A DNA stretch of 64,000 bases from Camelus dromedarius (lineage: Eukaryota), in NCBI RefSeq assembly GCF_036321535.1, contig NC_087436.1:119352001-119416000 (forward strand), given 5' to 3'. Within the stretch, counting starts at the first letter, position 1, and each line of letters begins with the position of its first letter. Below the pieces are notes generated by a model. That model worked only from the letters and a program-made list of their open reading frames with translations. It was not told where the DNA came from and searched no databases. Below, one piece after another: positions 1-12,319 of the stretch. Both the position numbers and the translations under genes were made by a program.

Positions 1-54
1 TCCGTGGTGTTTCCAGGCTCGTCCCCTGCGTGTCACCACTTGGGGCTTTGGCAG

Positions 55-143
55 TGCCATACGTGAATCTAGTAGAGACCAAACTGCTACTGAATAAGGG
101 GAAAGGCTTTGGTGTGACTGGAACTAGATTATTACAAATGAAG
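55..143 (+). other. Candidate non-coding 5' exon of KIAA0232
   Basis: ttggcag| acceptor (alternative tttccag| at 17) and AAG|gtgatt donor followed by U-rich sequence; not repeat-like. Unverified. Confidence 0.3.
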
Positions 144-2022
144 GTGATTTTATAGTTAACTGTTTTTTTTGTTTGTTTTTTTTAAGGATAGTGAGGAAGT
201 TACTTTTTGTTCTGAAAGTGTATTTTACATAACTTCTTCAGGTACTCATATTACTGAGGGACGCTGTAAGAGTAAGCAAATAGAAACCGTTTAAGGGGGG
301 TAGTTTGTCACAATGCTGCTTTCCATTTGTATGACATTTTGTGAAATGCAGAGGCCACCGATACATAGATGCATTCCTCATTTGCTCGCTGCAACAGCAT
401 TGTGAGAAGTTGAGAAGTAGGGAGAGCAAGTATTTATTCTACTTTACAGATGCGAAAACAAAGACTCCAAGAAGTTATGGGCACAAAACTCCGCGGTGGA
501 CAGACTACGGAAGCCTGCATGTTATGGGCCATTAGGCTGGCGCACTGTCTACTCTGCATCCTCCTTTGTGAATTAAAGAAGGCGCACGCATCCATGGGCA
601 TTTAATTAGCTATATGTGTTTTTTGGTATCTTTAATAGAAACCATTTAAAATTTAAAGTAAAAAATACAAAAGAAATTTTAAAATAAGTGTATTATTGTT
701 GGACCTTTTAAATTATCATTAATACAACCCAATCTTTAGGATAATTTGGGTTAATTTTTCATGGGAGAAGGATGCTCAAGGTGATTTGAAGGTCCTTTTT
801 TCTCAGCGTAATCCTTTGGAGAAGGGAGGATTGAAAAAATGATGCAAAGCAAAGAATATACCGTGTATATACGGTGGTGCTTTTTCTTTAAAACTCTTTT
901 AGAGAATTTAAACTAAAATGCAGTTTAACTTCATACTGACTAAACTTCACATTTGGAATGTATATAAAGGCGAATAGACAAGTTTTTTCCAGCTCTGTTC
1001 TTAAACTTGCCAAATGGATGTTAAATGGGTTTTGCACGTGCTTGTCAGATCCCTGAATTGTTTTGGCCACCTGAAATAAGTTTAAATTAAACATAATTTT
1101 CAGTTCAGAACTAGAAATAAAGAGTGTCTAATTTGGTCAAATGTTCGCCCCTCTACCAGAGCTTGCAGCTTAGGGAGGGGAAGCTTAGTTATGACCCAGA
1201 ACTTTATACCCGGGTCTTCTGCTAACAGTTTAAGTTCACATAAGGAGGATGGACACTCTTGAGCTCCAAGAGTGTTTAGACCCGTCTTCATGATACAAGA
1301 GGAAGCCAGCGTGGGGTGCTCCTGTCTCAGACCCACGTTATTAGTGTCCACTGACAGGTGCTGGCTGCCCAGATGACTGCAGAGTAGTCTGAAGCTACCA
1401 GACATACCAGGCTTTTCTGCCTTTTCCTCAGTCCTCTGAGTCTGTACTATATAGAGAGTAAAAACTAATTTTAATCACTAATAGCTCTAGGGATATGGCC
1501 AATTTAAAAATCATTTGGAATCAGCTTTTTTTTTTTTTTCCAGCTATTGAACAAGTTACAGCAAGCATTCCATTGGGGTAATGATGCAAGGGACGGTTTT
1601 AACTGACTTTGATGAGATCATGGGGGTTCGATGTTTTGCTTTATTTTTCATTTGTCTGCCTATCTGCCTATTTTTTTTCTCACCTACTTCTTGAACCCTT
1701 TCACTTGGCTAAATCTCTTAATGACAACTGAGAGAATCCTGTGGTTGGATTGATACCATGTTTAAAATAAACATGATAAAAATCTTCAACAGTATTTATC
1801 AGTCTTTACAGTGAACCAGTTTGGTCATGGTGTGAATTTTTAAGGCCTTCATGCATTTAAATAATTGAAAAAAGCCTTATACTAAGTTGTTCACGGTGAA
1901 ACGAGTATTTTAGAAGTTCTCTGGCAAAGATGATTATATAAATTTTATTAACGACATTCTTCTCATACCTCCGTACTCTCTGGATCTGGTGTATATTGTT
2001 GGATTCAATTGCCTAGAATTTT

Positions 2023-2176
2023 TTAAAATGTATTTTATTTTATTTCATTTGCGGAGGGAGGCGGGGAGGTAACTAGGTGTATTTATTTACTTATTTTTAG
2101 AGGAGTCGCTGGAAATTGAACCCAGGACCTCATGCATGCTAAGCATGTGCTCTAGTGCTTGAGCTATACCTCCTCC
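2023..2176 (-). mobile_element. tRNA-Ala-derived SINE (vic-1-like)
   Basis: Reverse strand reads GGTATAGCTCAAGCACTAGAGCACATGCTTAGCATGCATGAGGTCCTGGGTTCAATT. 19-nt TSD ttcaatt(g/c)ccta(g/a)aatttt at 2004-2022 and 2177-2195. Confidence 0.88.
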
Positions 2177-2768
2177 TTCAATTCCCTAAAATTTTGTTCA
2201 GACTTTTTGCATTGCATCTATATTCATGAGGCATATTGATCTGTAGTTTTCTTTTCGTGTAATATCTTAGTCTGGTTTTGATGTCATAACATTGACCTCT
2301 AACATGATTTGGGAAATATTTCCTCTTCAGTTTTTGGGAAGAGTTTGTACAGAACTGGCATTCTACTTTTTAAAAATATCCAGTAGAATTCACCTTTGAA
2401 GCCAGTGGGGCCTGGAGATTTCTTTGTAGGGAAGTTTTAAACTAAACCCAGTTCCTTTCATAGATACAGGGCTATTCATTCTATTTCTTCTTGAGTGAAC
2501 TTTGGTAATTTATGTTTACAAGGAATTCGTCCATTTCATCCAAGTATATTTTATTGGTGTAAAATTTTTCCTGTATCCCCTTATTATCTTTTTTGTATGT
2601 GTAGAATCTGTAGTGATCTCACCTCTCATTCTTGATGTTGGTAATTTGTCTTCTCTCTTTCCTGAACAGTCTGGCTCAAGGTTTGTCCATTCTGTTGTGT
2701 AAAAGAACCAGCTTTTTGTTTCATTGTTTTTTCATTTTCTATTTCATTGATTTCTGCTCTGATCTTTT

Positions 2769-2897
2769 GTGTGTGGGGCGGGGGATAACTAGATTTACTT
2801 ATTTATTTCCTTTTTGTTTAACAGAGGTACTGGGGATCGAACCCATGACCTCATGCCTGCAAAGCATGTGCTCTACCACTGAGCTATACCCTCCCTC
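2769..2897 (-). mobile_element. tRNA-Ala-derived SINE (vic-1-like)
   Basis: A box TAGCTCAGTGG and B box GGTTCGATCCC on the minus strand. Perfect 15-nt TSD ctgctctgatctttt at 2754-2768 and 2898-2912. Confidence 0.92.
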
Positions 2898-4631
2898 CTG
2901 CTCTGATCTTTTATTTCCCTTTTTTTTGCTTAGCTTAGGTTTCATTTGCTCTTCCTTTTCTAGTTTATTAAGATGAAAACTCAGGTCATTGATTTGAGAC
3001 CTTTTCTAATATAGGCTCTTTGTGCTGTAAATTTTCCCCTAAATACTGCTTTAGTGGCAACCTAAAAATATTGATATGTTGTATTTTTATTTTCATTCAA
3101 TTCAAAATACTTTCTAATTTCTCCTTTGATTCCATGTTTGCCATATTTGTTATGTAGAAATACGTTTTTTATTTCTCAAATATTTGGGAGATTTTCCAGA
3201 CATCTTTCTGTTACTAATTTATGATTTAATTCCAGGTGGTCAGAGAATATACTTTATACAACTTGAATCCTTTAAAATTTGTTGCAACTTTTTCTGTGAC
3301 CCAGAATATAGTCTATTTTAGGTCAAGTTGGTTGATAATGTTGCTTGAATCTTCTATGGAAGGCTTTCCTGATTTTCTGACTTCTGCTTCTTTCAGTGGT
3401 TGAGAAAGGGGTATTAACATCTCCTAGTAAAATTGTGAAGTTGTCTTCTTCGCCTTGCAGTTCTATCAGTTTTTATTCGTGTATTTTGGAACTCTGCTAC
3501 TAGGTATACAATATATAGGACTGTTTTGTCCTCTTGATGGATTGACCCCTTTGTCATTATGAAATGACCTTCTTTATCTGTTACTCTCTGCTCTGAAACT
3601 TACCGTGTCAAATATTAATGTAGACACTGGCTTTTTTTGTTGGTGTTGGCATGGTATCTCTATTTCCATCCTTTTAACCTCCTTGTGCCTTTAATGTAGA
3701 ATTTTTAATATATTTTTTTATAATTGGGTCTTAGTGTTTTAAAATCCATTATGACCATCTCTGCCTTTTAACTGGTTCTTTAGACCTTTTAAATTTATTA
3801 TGAGTATTAACAGTTATCTTATCGTAGTCTTCAAGAGATACCATTTCGTGTAATACGTTAGAACCCATTCTAGTAGTGGTGCATTTTCTCACTCCTGGTC
3901 TTTAATGCTGTTGTTGCCGTATATATGTTACAACTCTCAGAATACACTGTTGTTTTGTTTCAATACTCGATTACCTTAAAGTTACGTAAATAACAAGAAA
4001 AATGCAGTTGCTGTTTCTGGTGCTCTTTGTACCTTTGTGAGGATTCTCACTTTGTTCTGGTATCATTTTCCTTCTGCTTAAAGGACTTCCTTTAACATTT
4101 CCTTCAGGGCAAGTTTGCTGGTGGTGAATTCTTTCAGCTTTCTCACGTCTGAAAAAGTTTGTTTCACCTTCATTTTGAAATGTGTTTTTAATGAGTATAG
4201 ACTTCTCAGTTGACAGGGTGGTGGTTGTTTTTTTTTTTTTCAGTAAAGTTTTGGCCCCATTATCTTCTCATTTGCATTGTTTCCAACAAGAAAGCTGATG
4301 TCATCCTTATTTTGATTCTGTTTTACCTAATGTTTCTTTTTTCTCTGGTGACTTTGAGATTTTCCTGTTTATCACTGGTTTAAATAGGGTTTTTTTAATG
4401 GTGTGTCCAGGTGTTGATTTCTACATGTTTCTGGTGCTTAAATTCAGTGAATTTCTTGGACCTCTGTGTTTTAGTTTTCATCAATTTTGGAAAAATTTTG
4501 GCATTATTCTTTCAGATTTTTTTTTTCTGTCCCCTTCTTTCTTTCAGTTACATGTTAGATTTCTTAAAGTTATCACACAGATCACTGAAACATTGTTAAT
4601 TTTTAAAAATTCTTCTATTTGATTTTATGTA

Positions 4632-4649
4632 GTGTGTGTGTGTGTGTGT
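4632..4649. repeat. (GT)n microsatellite
   Basis: gtgtgtgtgtgtgtgtgt run. Confidence 0.85.
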
Positions 4650-6624
4650 TTGTGGTTTTAAGATTCAGTGGTCTTTTCTACTCACATGTCTAATCTGCCA
4701 TTAATCACAATCCTATATTTTTAATCTCAGACATTGTGGTTTTCATCTTTAAATACTTGATTTTATATCTTTCATTCTCTACTTTTCAAACATGAATGTA
4801 GTCATAATAACTGTTTTAAAGTCTTTTCCTGCTAATTCTAACTTTTGTGTCAATTTTGGATTGGTTTCAATTAATTTCTTTTTTTCATTTCCACTCCCTT
4901 CATATCTCACTTCTTTGCATACCTGCTAATTTTTGATTGAATGCCAAACATTAGGAATTTTATGTGGTAGATAGTTTTGTATTCCTATAAATTTCTTGAG
5001 CGTTGTTCTGGGACCATAGTGAAATTGCTTGGAAACAGTTTGATTCTTTAGGGCCTTACTTTTAAGATTTGTCAGGCGAACAGGAGCAGTGTTTGGTATA
5101 GAGCTAGCTCTTCCTCAACACTAAGAGCAGACCTTTTGAGTGCTCTGCCTTGTGTGTCCTGGTTTGGGGGGTTTCCAGTCTGGCTGCTGGGAAGCAGGCA
5201 CCGTCCAGCCATGCTGAGCCTCAGGTCCTGTTCCCTGCTTTCCTTTATGGTGATCCTTTCCTGTGCCTTGGCTGGTTCCTCACATGCAAGCCCTGATTAA
5301 CACTCTGCTGAATGCTTAAGAGCAACCCTTTGCAGACCTCTGGTGTTCTTTCTCTGTGCAGCTCTCTCCTCTCTGGTACTTTCTCCTGTGAACTCCAGCT
5401 GCCTTAGACTCTCACGTAGTTCTTTTGGCCGTTGCTTCAAGTCTCCTCATTGTCTTGGTGGATCTTCATTGAATGAGTACCAGCTTGTCACCTTGCTTCA
5501 AGTGATGTCCCCAGCATTAAATGTATTATTTAATTGTTGATCTGTCTGGCATCCTGAGATCCAAACACACCAAAGAATTTATGGAAAGGGTTTTAATTTT
5601 GCAAGTCAGTTGGAAATTTTCAGCAAGTAAAAATTATAGAAAATTTTTGCTTCAGTTTATCTGATTTTCATAATTCAGAAAAGATAGTGTGATAGAGAAG
5701 ATTTTTAGAAAGTAGCAGGATATATGTTAATGATACATTAATCTAGTAACTTGGTCCTGTGGTGGGTTTAATAAACATTTTCTTTATATTTAATGTATGT
5801 AAAATTTAGTAGGTAGTTCTAGGGAAAATGCAAGAAACTGAGTCTTAAATCTTTGGTGAAAAGTATCTTTCTGACTTGCCGCTTTTACTAAAAATAATTA
5901 TTAATACTTTTTAAAAAGTCATTTTTGATGGTCCTCTGCTAAAATTCATGCAAAAGCTGATTCTGTGAGATTTAGGAATCGCTGTTAGTTTTCGTGTTCT
6001 GGTGGTATAGATTAATCAGAACTCTAGCATAAAGAAGATTATGATTTAATAAGGCCATTATTAGATTAGTTTGACATATTGAAAGCATGTTTATTTAGCA
6101 GGAAAAGCTATTAAATTAAGAATGGCATCTATCACAAGTAATCGGAACGTCAACCCAGATACATACAAGAAAAAAATGACAATAGATATATAATACTACA
6201 GCATGGCAGAGCTATAAGACAAGTCCATGTTTCACCTTAATTTTTATGAAATAGATGATGAGCAGTCCAGAGTTTTTAGCCATACAAAATAACTGATTAC
6301 CTATGTAAAACTTGAATTTAGGGGACTAATTATTTTTACCAGTGTTTCAGTGAAATTACTGCTTATTTCTGTTATACTTAAAAATGAACTAATGATTTGT
6401 TACCAGGTAAGTTCTTTCAGCAGAGCAGGGAAGATTTTGCTAGTTCAGTCTCTTGAGATGCAGCCAGGTGAACATCAGCACAGTCCAGCACAGCGCCGAG
6501 CACACGTTTCTGGATTTTCCTCAGTTTTAAATTATATTAAGCTTTTAAAAGTTTAAAATGTCACTTAGCTTAAAATGTCAAAGATTATAGTAAAAAAAAA
6601 AAAATCAGAGTTTTTTCCACCTAT

Positions 6625-6890
6625 TGTAGGATTGTATTTATATGAAGCTTTCAGAATAGGCAGGTCTGTGGAGGCAGACTGCAGGTGAGTGGTTGCCGGG
6701 GGCTGGGCGTGGGAAGGGCGCCGCCAGTGGAGATGGGGTTTCTTTTAGGAGAGAATGTTTTGGGAAATGTTCTGGAACTGTTACTGTGGCTGCACAACGT
6801 TGTATACACAGTGAAAGCCGCTGGATTGTACACTTTGAGAGGATGGCTTCTATGATACACGTGAGTCATAGCTTAGCAGAGTTTTAAAAA
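6625..6890 (+). mobile_element. L1MB-like 3' end
   Basis: gaataggca...gtggttgcc.ggggctggg...ggggtttctttt...aatgttctggaact...gcacaac.ttgt...attgtacacttt; A-rich end. Confidence 0.75.
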
Positions 6891-7019
6891 AATCAGCATT
6901 CTAAGATACCAAAGGTATTTTAATAAAGAGAAAACAGTTCATTTGGATTTTTTCAGAAGATCAATAATTTAATTATATCTATACATAAGGCATACCTTTT
7001 TTCTCTCTTGTCTTTACAG

Positions 7020-7288
7020 GTTCTGCTGAAAACTTACATTAGGCCTCAATGTGAAACTAAAGTAGAAAATCACATCTACATGTGTGTTGCTATCAGGATG
7101 CTGAGTCATTGGTCATGCCTAAAGATGGAGATTCAGTTCTAGATGGCTGACTGCTAGCAAAAATAAATGCTCATCCTAGATGTTCAGCATCTCTCCTTTT
7201 TACTGGAGTGAAAATCCCCTCCAGATACCAACAGAACATCAACTGCAGAAAATGCTCCCGCTTTTAAGGATGTCAGCAACCTAAGTTC
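7020..7288 (+). other. KIAA0232: 5'UTR part of first coding exon (500-nt exon 7020-7519)
   Basis: Strong acceptor cctttttttctctcttgtctttacag|G at 7019/7020, continuous to the ATG at 7289. Confidence 0.85.
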
Positions 7289-7519
7289 ATGCGCCCTGTC
7301 TGTACTGTTGTCGTGGGTGGTTTACCATCTGGAAGCTCCTCAGGCTCTTCTCCAGGCCCTGTACCTGCTTCTGAAATGTCTCTGCTTCATGCTTTGGGTC
7401 CAGTGCAGACCTGGCTAGGACAAGAGCTAGAGAAATGTGGCATTGATGCCATGATCTACACTCGCTATGTCCTCAGTCTTCTGCTGCATGACAGCTATGA
7501 CTACGACCTGCAGGAACAG
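7289..7519 (+). CDS. KIAA0232: KIAA0232 coding exon 1 (77 aa, ends phase 0)
   Basis: ATG 7289; MRPVCT...DYDLQEQ; donor CAG|gtattt. Confidence 0.93.
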
Positions 7520-9899
7520 GTATTTACACATGTTAAATGTTTTGTGAGAATTCATGATTGTGTCTACATGTCTGCATTTTTCTTCAGAGAGTGCTTTCAT
7601 ATTCTACAACAGGGTTGCAGATGGCTGTGGTCCACGAACTTAAGCTGTCAGTGATGTGAATGAGCTGTGTCACAAGCACACTGTTTATTTCAGTCATCTT
7701 TGAGACTTTCTCAGTGTTGACTACATAGACGGTACTTGTGTGATCACCAGCCGCCTCTGAGTAGCGCTGCTCCAAACGGGGCTGCTGCTGCTGAGGAAAA
7801 TCACACGTCATAATCACTGTGTCTGTTACACTTCTTAACATTCTGAAGTTTAATATTTCATTTTATCTGCAAGAGTGATGATAAACTGCTTATTAATCAA
7901 AGTGTGTGTTTCAAATCAGCAGACTTAAAAGTTTGGTAAAGCACGTAACTTTAAATTGGCGATTATACATTTGACCTGCCGAGATGCTGAGTTTAAAGTA
8001 AAGAAAGCAACCAAATCTAGGTTCTTGAAAAGATCTCAACTTCAGGCTCCCTTTCCAAGAGGAGCTGCTGAAAGTCAGGCTTGCCAGAGGGAGCAGAGTC
8101 CTCAACACTGGATGAATGGGATCTGGGTGACCTCTGGGTAGAAATTTCAGATAAAAGTTTTCTGTGGGCAGTTTTTGTTGTTGTTGTTTTAAACCATTGT
8201 TACTAACACTGAAAGCAGGAACAAAGTTTCATTCACAGAAGAAACTGGCTTTGCCCTTCCAAACCACAGAGAAGCCGCAGAGCCCTGTAAATACATTGGG
8301 GCTCTCAGCACGCTTACCATTTGTCACCTGGCAGTTGTGCAGAGGATATTTCCCTGCTGGTGTTTCTCATCCTTTCTGGCTGGACACAGCCACATTTTCC
8401 CTGCTTCCAGGTTGCTTATTGCTCTGGCTGGTGAGAATTGGATCAGGTATGGTTTTGAGGGGGTTGACTTAAAACCTCATAATCAGAAAATGTGCTGTTT
8501 TGGTGGTCCGTATTACCAGAGGTCTGTTATTTTCCATCATCTTTCCTTCAGGGGCAAGTGAAATGTTAAATCTGCCAACATGGAAGAAGTTTTTATTTCC
8601 AGAGTTGAGGAAGATAATTCTCGTAACTCAAAAATCATGTACTTCAGTTAAAAACATGTACTTATAGGAAATGAATAGTATTTTAGTTGGATTCTAATAA
8701 GACTTCTCATTTCTTTTAATTGTATTTTAAAATATCAGCCTTTAATACTTCATCAACACCAATAGATTTGTTGGCACAAGAAATTTATATGCTGGGTGCT
8801 TTAGGTCGTTGCAAAAGGGCTGAAACGTAGGCCTCCTGTTAAGATTGTAGTTCTACACTTGTCTGATGAGAATCGGTTTCTCTACTAGCTGTAGGGGGTG
8901 CGGTGAGGGGTCTTGGCAGCTACCGGTGCCCAGCTGTGTTTGATCCTCCCTCCAAAGTTCTGATTTGTCTTTTAGGACACAGGACAGATAAAGCTTAGTG
9001 AAAACAGAACATGTCTAGAGTTACAAGGAGAATCCACAGGGAAATAGAAGGCCCCTAAAGTACTTTTCCCCTCAGCCCAGGGTAGCAGAGTGCCGAGTCC
9101 CACGCTGATGGGGAAGGTCAAATTGAAGATAACAACTGTTTTCATAGGAGCTGAGCTAAGGGTGAGTTAGCCCCTGCATAACTTTACCACTGGTGGACGA
9201 GGATGTGCTCACTGTGTCCCCCCAAAAGAGTAGTCAGGACATACAGCCAAGGGAGGGTCTGAGCTTACCCTCTGTGATTCAGACTCCAGCTAACGGTTAT
9301 GCTCACCACCTTTCCTGATCCCTGGATCAGAGTTATGGTGGCTTCGCCCCTCGGTTGGAAGCCAAATTGCTCCCACTTCAGGTGTCTGTTTCCTCACATC
9401 TTAACCCTCAGTCCTTAAGTTAGTCTAACCTTGACTTGCAAATGGCTAATAATAGTAAGGCCATTGCTTCAAGTACTGGCCTTATCGGCCACGTTGAATT
9501 CGTGGCTTTTCCTAGTTTTGGTTAAAAGAAACACACACACAGCTCTTGAATTCTAAGAAGCAGGTTTTGTACTTTGGTCTTCGCCGCTTGGGATAATTGG
9601 GTAGGAAGTACGTACAGCTCAGGAGGCCCTGGCCTTGGTTGAGGCTGAATAACAAACAGTTATGTGTAGACTTCTGATTTGGGCAGGGTTGTAAATGCAA
9701 TGGTGGCATCGGCAGATGACTGCGTGGTTCTGGAGAACAATTGCCTTCCAATATGCAGGTATTATGATTGGGTCACAGTGGTTTTATTTCCACAAATTCT
9801 TTTTATTTGGATCAAGATTACAATACTCTGGTAACTGTATTTCAGATAAATCAAGAATTCACTATATGTCATTTTTAATGTAAATATAAACTACTTTTC

Positions 9900-10090
9900 T
9901 AGCCTATCCTTCAAGGCCCAGGTCACCTTTCTCTGTGAATCTCCTTGTGACAGTTCCCAATGAAAACAGTGTCTTCTTCCAAACTTGATTGCTTTTCTAC
10001 TGTAGAGCCCTTCATTACACTTGTTAGAATGTATTATCTTTCCCAGTAGTTTATAAGATCCTTATGGGCAGGAATCATATATTCATCTTA
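9900..10090. mobile_element. L2 fragment
   Basis: tatccttcaaggcccag...taagatccttatgggcaggaatcat, typical of an L2 3' region. Confidence 0.55.
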
Positions 10091-10094
10091 AAAA

Positions 10095-10930
10095 CTTTTT
10101 TAAACTTCTTTTGTGAAATAATTTCATACATCAGAAGAATAGGACAAAGAATTTCACTCAGTCAGCAATTGCCAGTATTTTTTCACTTTTGCTCTATTTC
10201 TCTCCTCTCCTTTTGTTGCCTGTTTCTCCTAAATAAATCATATTTTTTTCTTAAGATGAGACTTTCTCTCAGATAGCCATAGTACAATTATAAAGTTCAG
10301 GAAATGAACAGTGCACATTATTATCTGACGTTCCATCAGTGTTTGGTTTTTGTCTCTTGTCCCAATGACTTCCTCCATTTTGACTTCTTCTCTCATCAAG
10401 GATCGTGCATTGACTTCATTCAGTGTCACATCTCTTTAATTTCTTCTAATCTAGAATCGTTCCTCATCTTTCCTTTGCGTCTCACTGACACTTTTGACAC
10501 TGTTGACACTTTTGAAGAATATAGGCCAGTTATTTTGCAAAACATCCCTTATTTTGAGTTTGTCTGATGTTTCTTCCTGTTTAGAGTCAACTTATGCATT
10601 TATGGCAGTAACATTACACAAGCGATGAGTTTCTTTTCTGTGCATCGCAGTGGACAGCACACTACGTCAGTCTGATTCATTCATTTTTAAAAAAAAATTT
10701 TTTTTTTTTTATTGAGGATCTGATTCATTCTTGGCGACTCTGACTTCGGTTCAGATGGTGGCAGCCAGGTTTCTACACCGTAAAGCCACACACTTCTCCG
10801 TGTAGTTATCAACTGACCTGTGCGGAGAGACTGACTTTGCCATCCATAGGTGGCTTCCGCCTGAATCATTACTTTGATGGTAATTTTTCTAATTCAGTTC
10901 CCCACGTACATTGAGTAGTTAGCTTTCTGC
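10095..10930 (-). mobile_element. Old L1MC/ME 3' fragment
   Basis: gacacttttgaagaatataggccagttattttg...tttgagtttgtctgatgtttc. Confidence 0.65.
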
Positions 10931-11049
10931 CGCAGTGCCGCAATGCAATCTTTTTAAAATTAATAGCCCTGCTGTTAGAGAACACTATCATAGGCCAAGT
11001 GCAGAGCTGGCCATTTAATACATAAGGACTGCTTTGTTCTGTCTTCATG

Positions 11050-11200
11050 CCTCATCTCCAAGACAAATGGTGTTCCCTGTTTTCGCTCACCTGGAGTTGT
11101 ATGTTCAGAGAGGTTAGGTGCCTGCCTGAGGCCATGTGGTTAGTAATGAGTCAGGATTTAAACTCCTGTCTGTCAGACCCAAATCCTGTGCCCATGTTTT
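11050..11200. mobile_element. MIR
   Basis: cagagaggttaggtgcctgcctgaggccatgtggttagtaatgagtcaggatttaaactcctgtctgtcagac core. Confidence 0.7.
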
Positions 11201-12319
11201 ATATCAGAGAGTTTTGTTTTTGTTTTTGTTTTTGTTGGCTTTCATATGTAACCAATAGTTATTGAATGAATAACATAAAAACATTCTACTCTAAAGGAAA
11301 ACTTGAGAACCTATTTGGAATTGATTTACTGTGTTCTAATGCAGTGTGGTTTTTAGAGGTGGGGAAAGTTCGTCTTCTCAGTTCACAGCTAAACTATGAG
11401 TTGAGTCCATATGGAGTAAAAGTGAGCAGCAAACACTGTGGTGTGCGTTGCCCAGAGACTCGGAGCATTAAGCCTGGGCCCTGTAACTCTTAGAAGATTG
11501 ATGTTACATTATTTCAAACTATTTTGTAATCTTACTTAAAATAGCTACAAGGGAAGCCCTAGTAGAACTGTAATTGAACGATGGGAGTTAACTTTTGCCT
11601 TGAGGTTGATGGTCAACAGCAAGTTCCTCATAATCTGTCGTGAGTAGGAAGAGTTATTTTAGGAAAGTGGGACTTCTGTTCACTATGGCAGTCATATGTA
11701 ACCCCAGACATTCCTAGTTTTCCTTTAGAACCAGTTACATTAAAACCACCATCCAAGAGTTTACGAAAACGTTTCTTATCTGTTTATATTTTAATATTCT
11801 TGGCATCACGAATTTTTGTGAATTTGCACAAAGCTCATATATATGTAATTATCCCAGAAAAATAAATATAACATTCCATCAACACAGAAGCCCCCCTTAT
11901 GCCTTGCACAGCTTTAGAACTCCTCCCATGTCCAGAGGGGAATCAGCAGGCTATGGCTTCTGTTTTTCACTCCTTCCTTTTTCTGAGATCCTGACTCCTA
12001 CATCGCTAGTTTCTGCTTCCAGCCCTGAGAGACTGCCCCCAGTGCCACTGGTTTCTTTGCCTCTTAAAAGTGCCGGAGTTTTCTCAGCCTCTTGCCGCAG
12101 GCCAGGAATTGGGTACATTTCCCCAGGGAGAAAGCAGCCTCAGGTGTCAGTGCCCCTGTACCAGCAGCTGCCCCTCCTGGTCTTCTCAAGGCCTGGGTGC
12201 GTCAGCAGGTCGCTGATGCCATAGCACAGGTGTTGTGTGTTTGGTTTGGTTTTATATATTATCTTTTCTGGTTAGTCTGGGCAGGAGAGTTGATCTGCTG
12301 CCAGTTACTTTTTTTTTTT

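Larger units (their letters stand above)
1985..5410 (-). mobile_element. Old L1M-type LINE fragments (antisense), interrupted by two SINEs
   Basis: T-rich antisense L1 motifs, e.g. tttgcatctatattcatgag, tagaattcacc...gaagcc...gggcctggag, ggtggtgaattctttcagcttt. Confidence 0.8.

Noticed and set aside
7520..7654. ORF extension past the first coding exon (121-aa ORF)
   Set aside because: Intron read-through beyond a valid donor; no convincing nearby poly(A) signal noted.
8890..9530. Possible LTR-derived segment
   Set aside because: Composition differs from the flanks, but I could not assign a family or boundaries.
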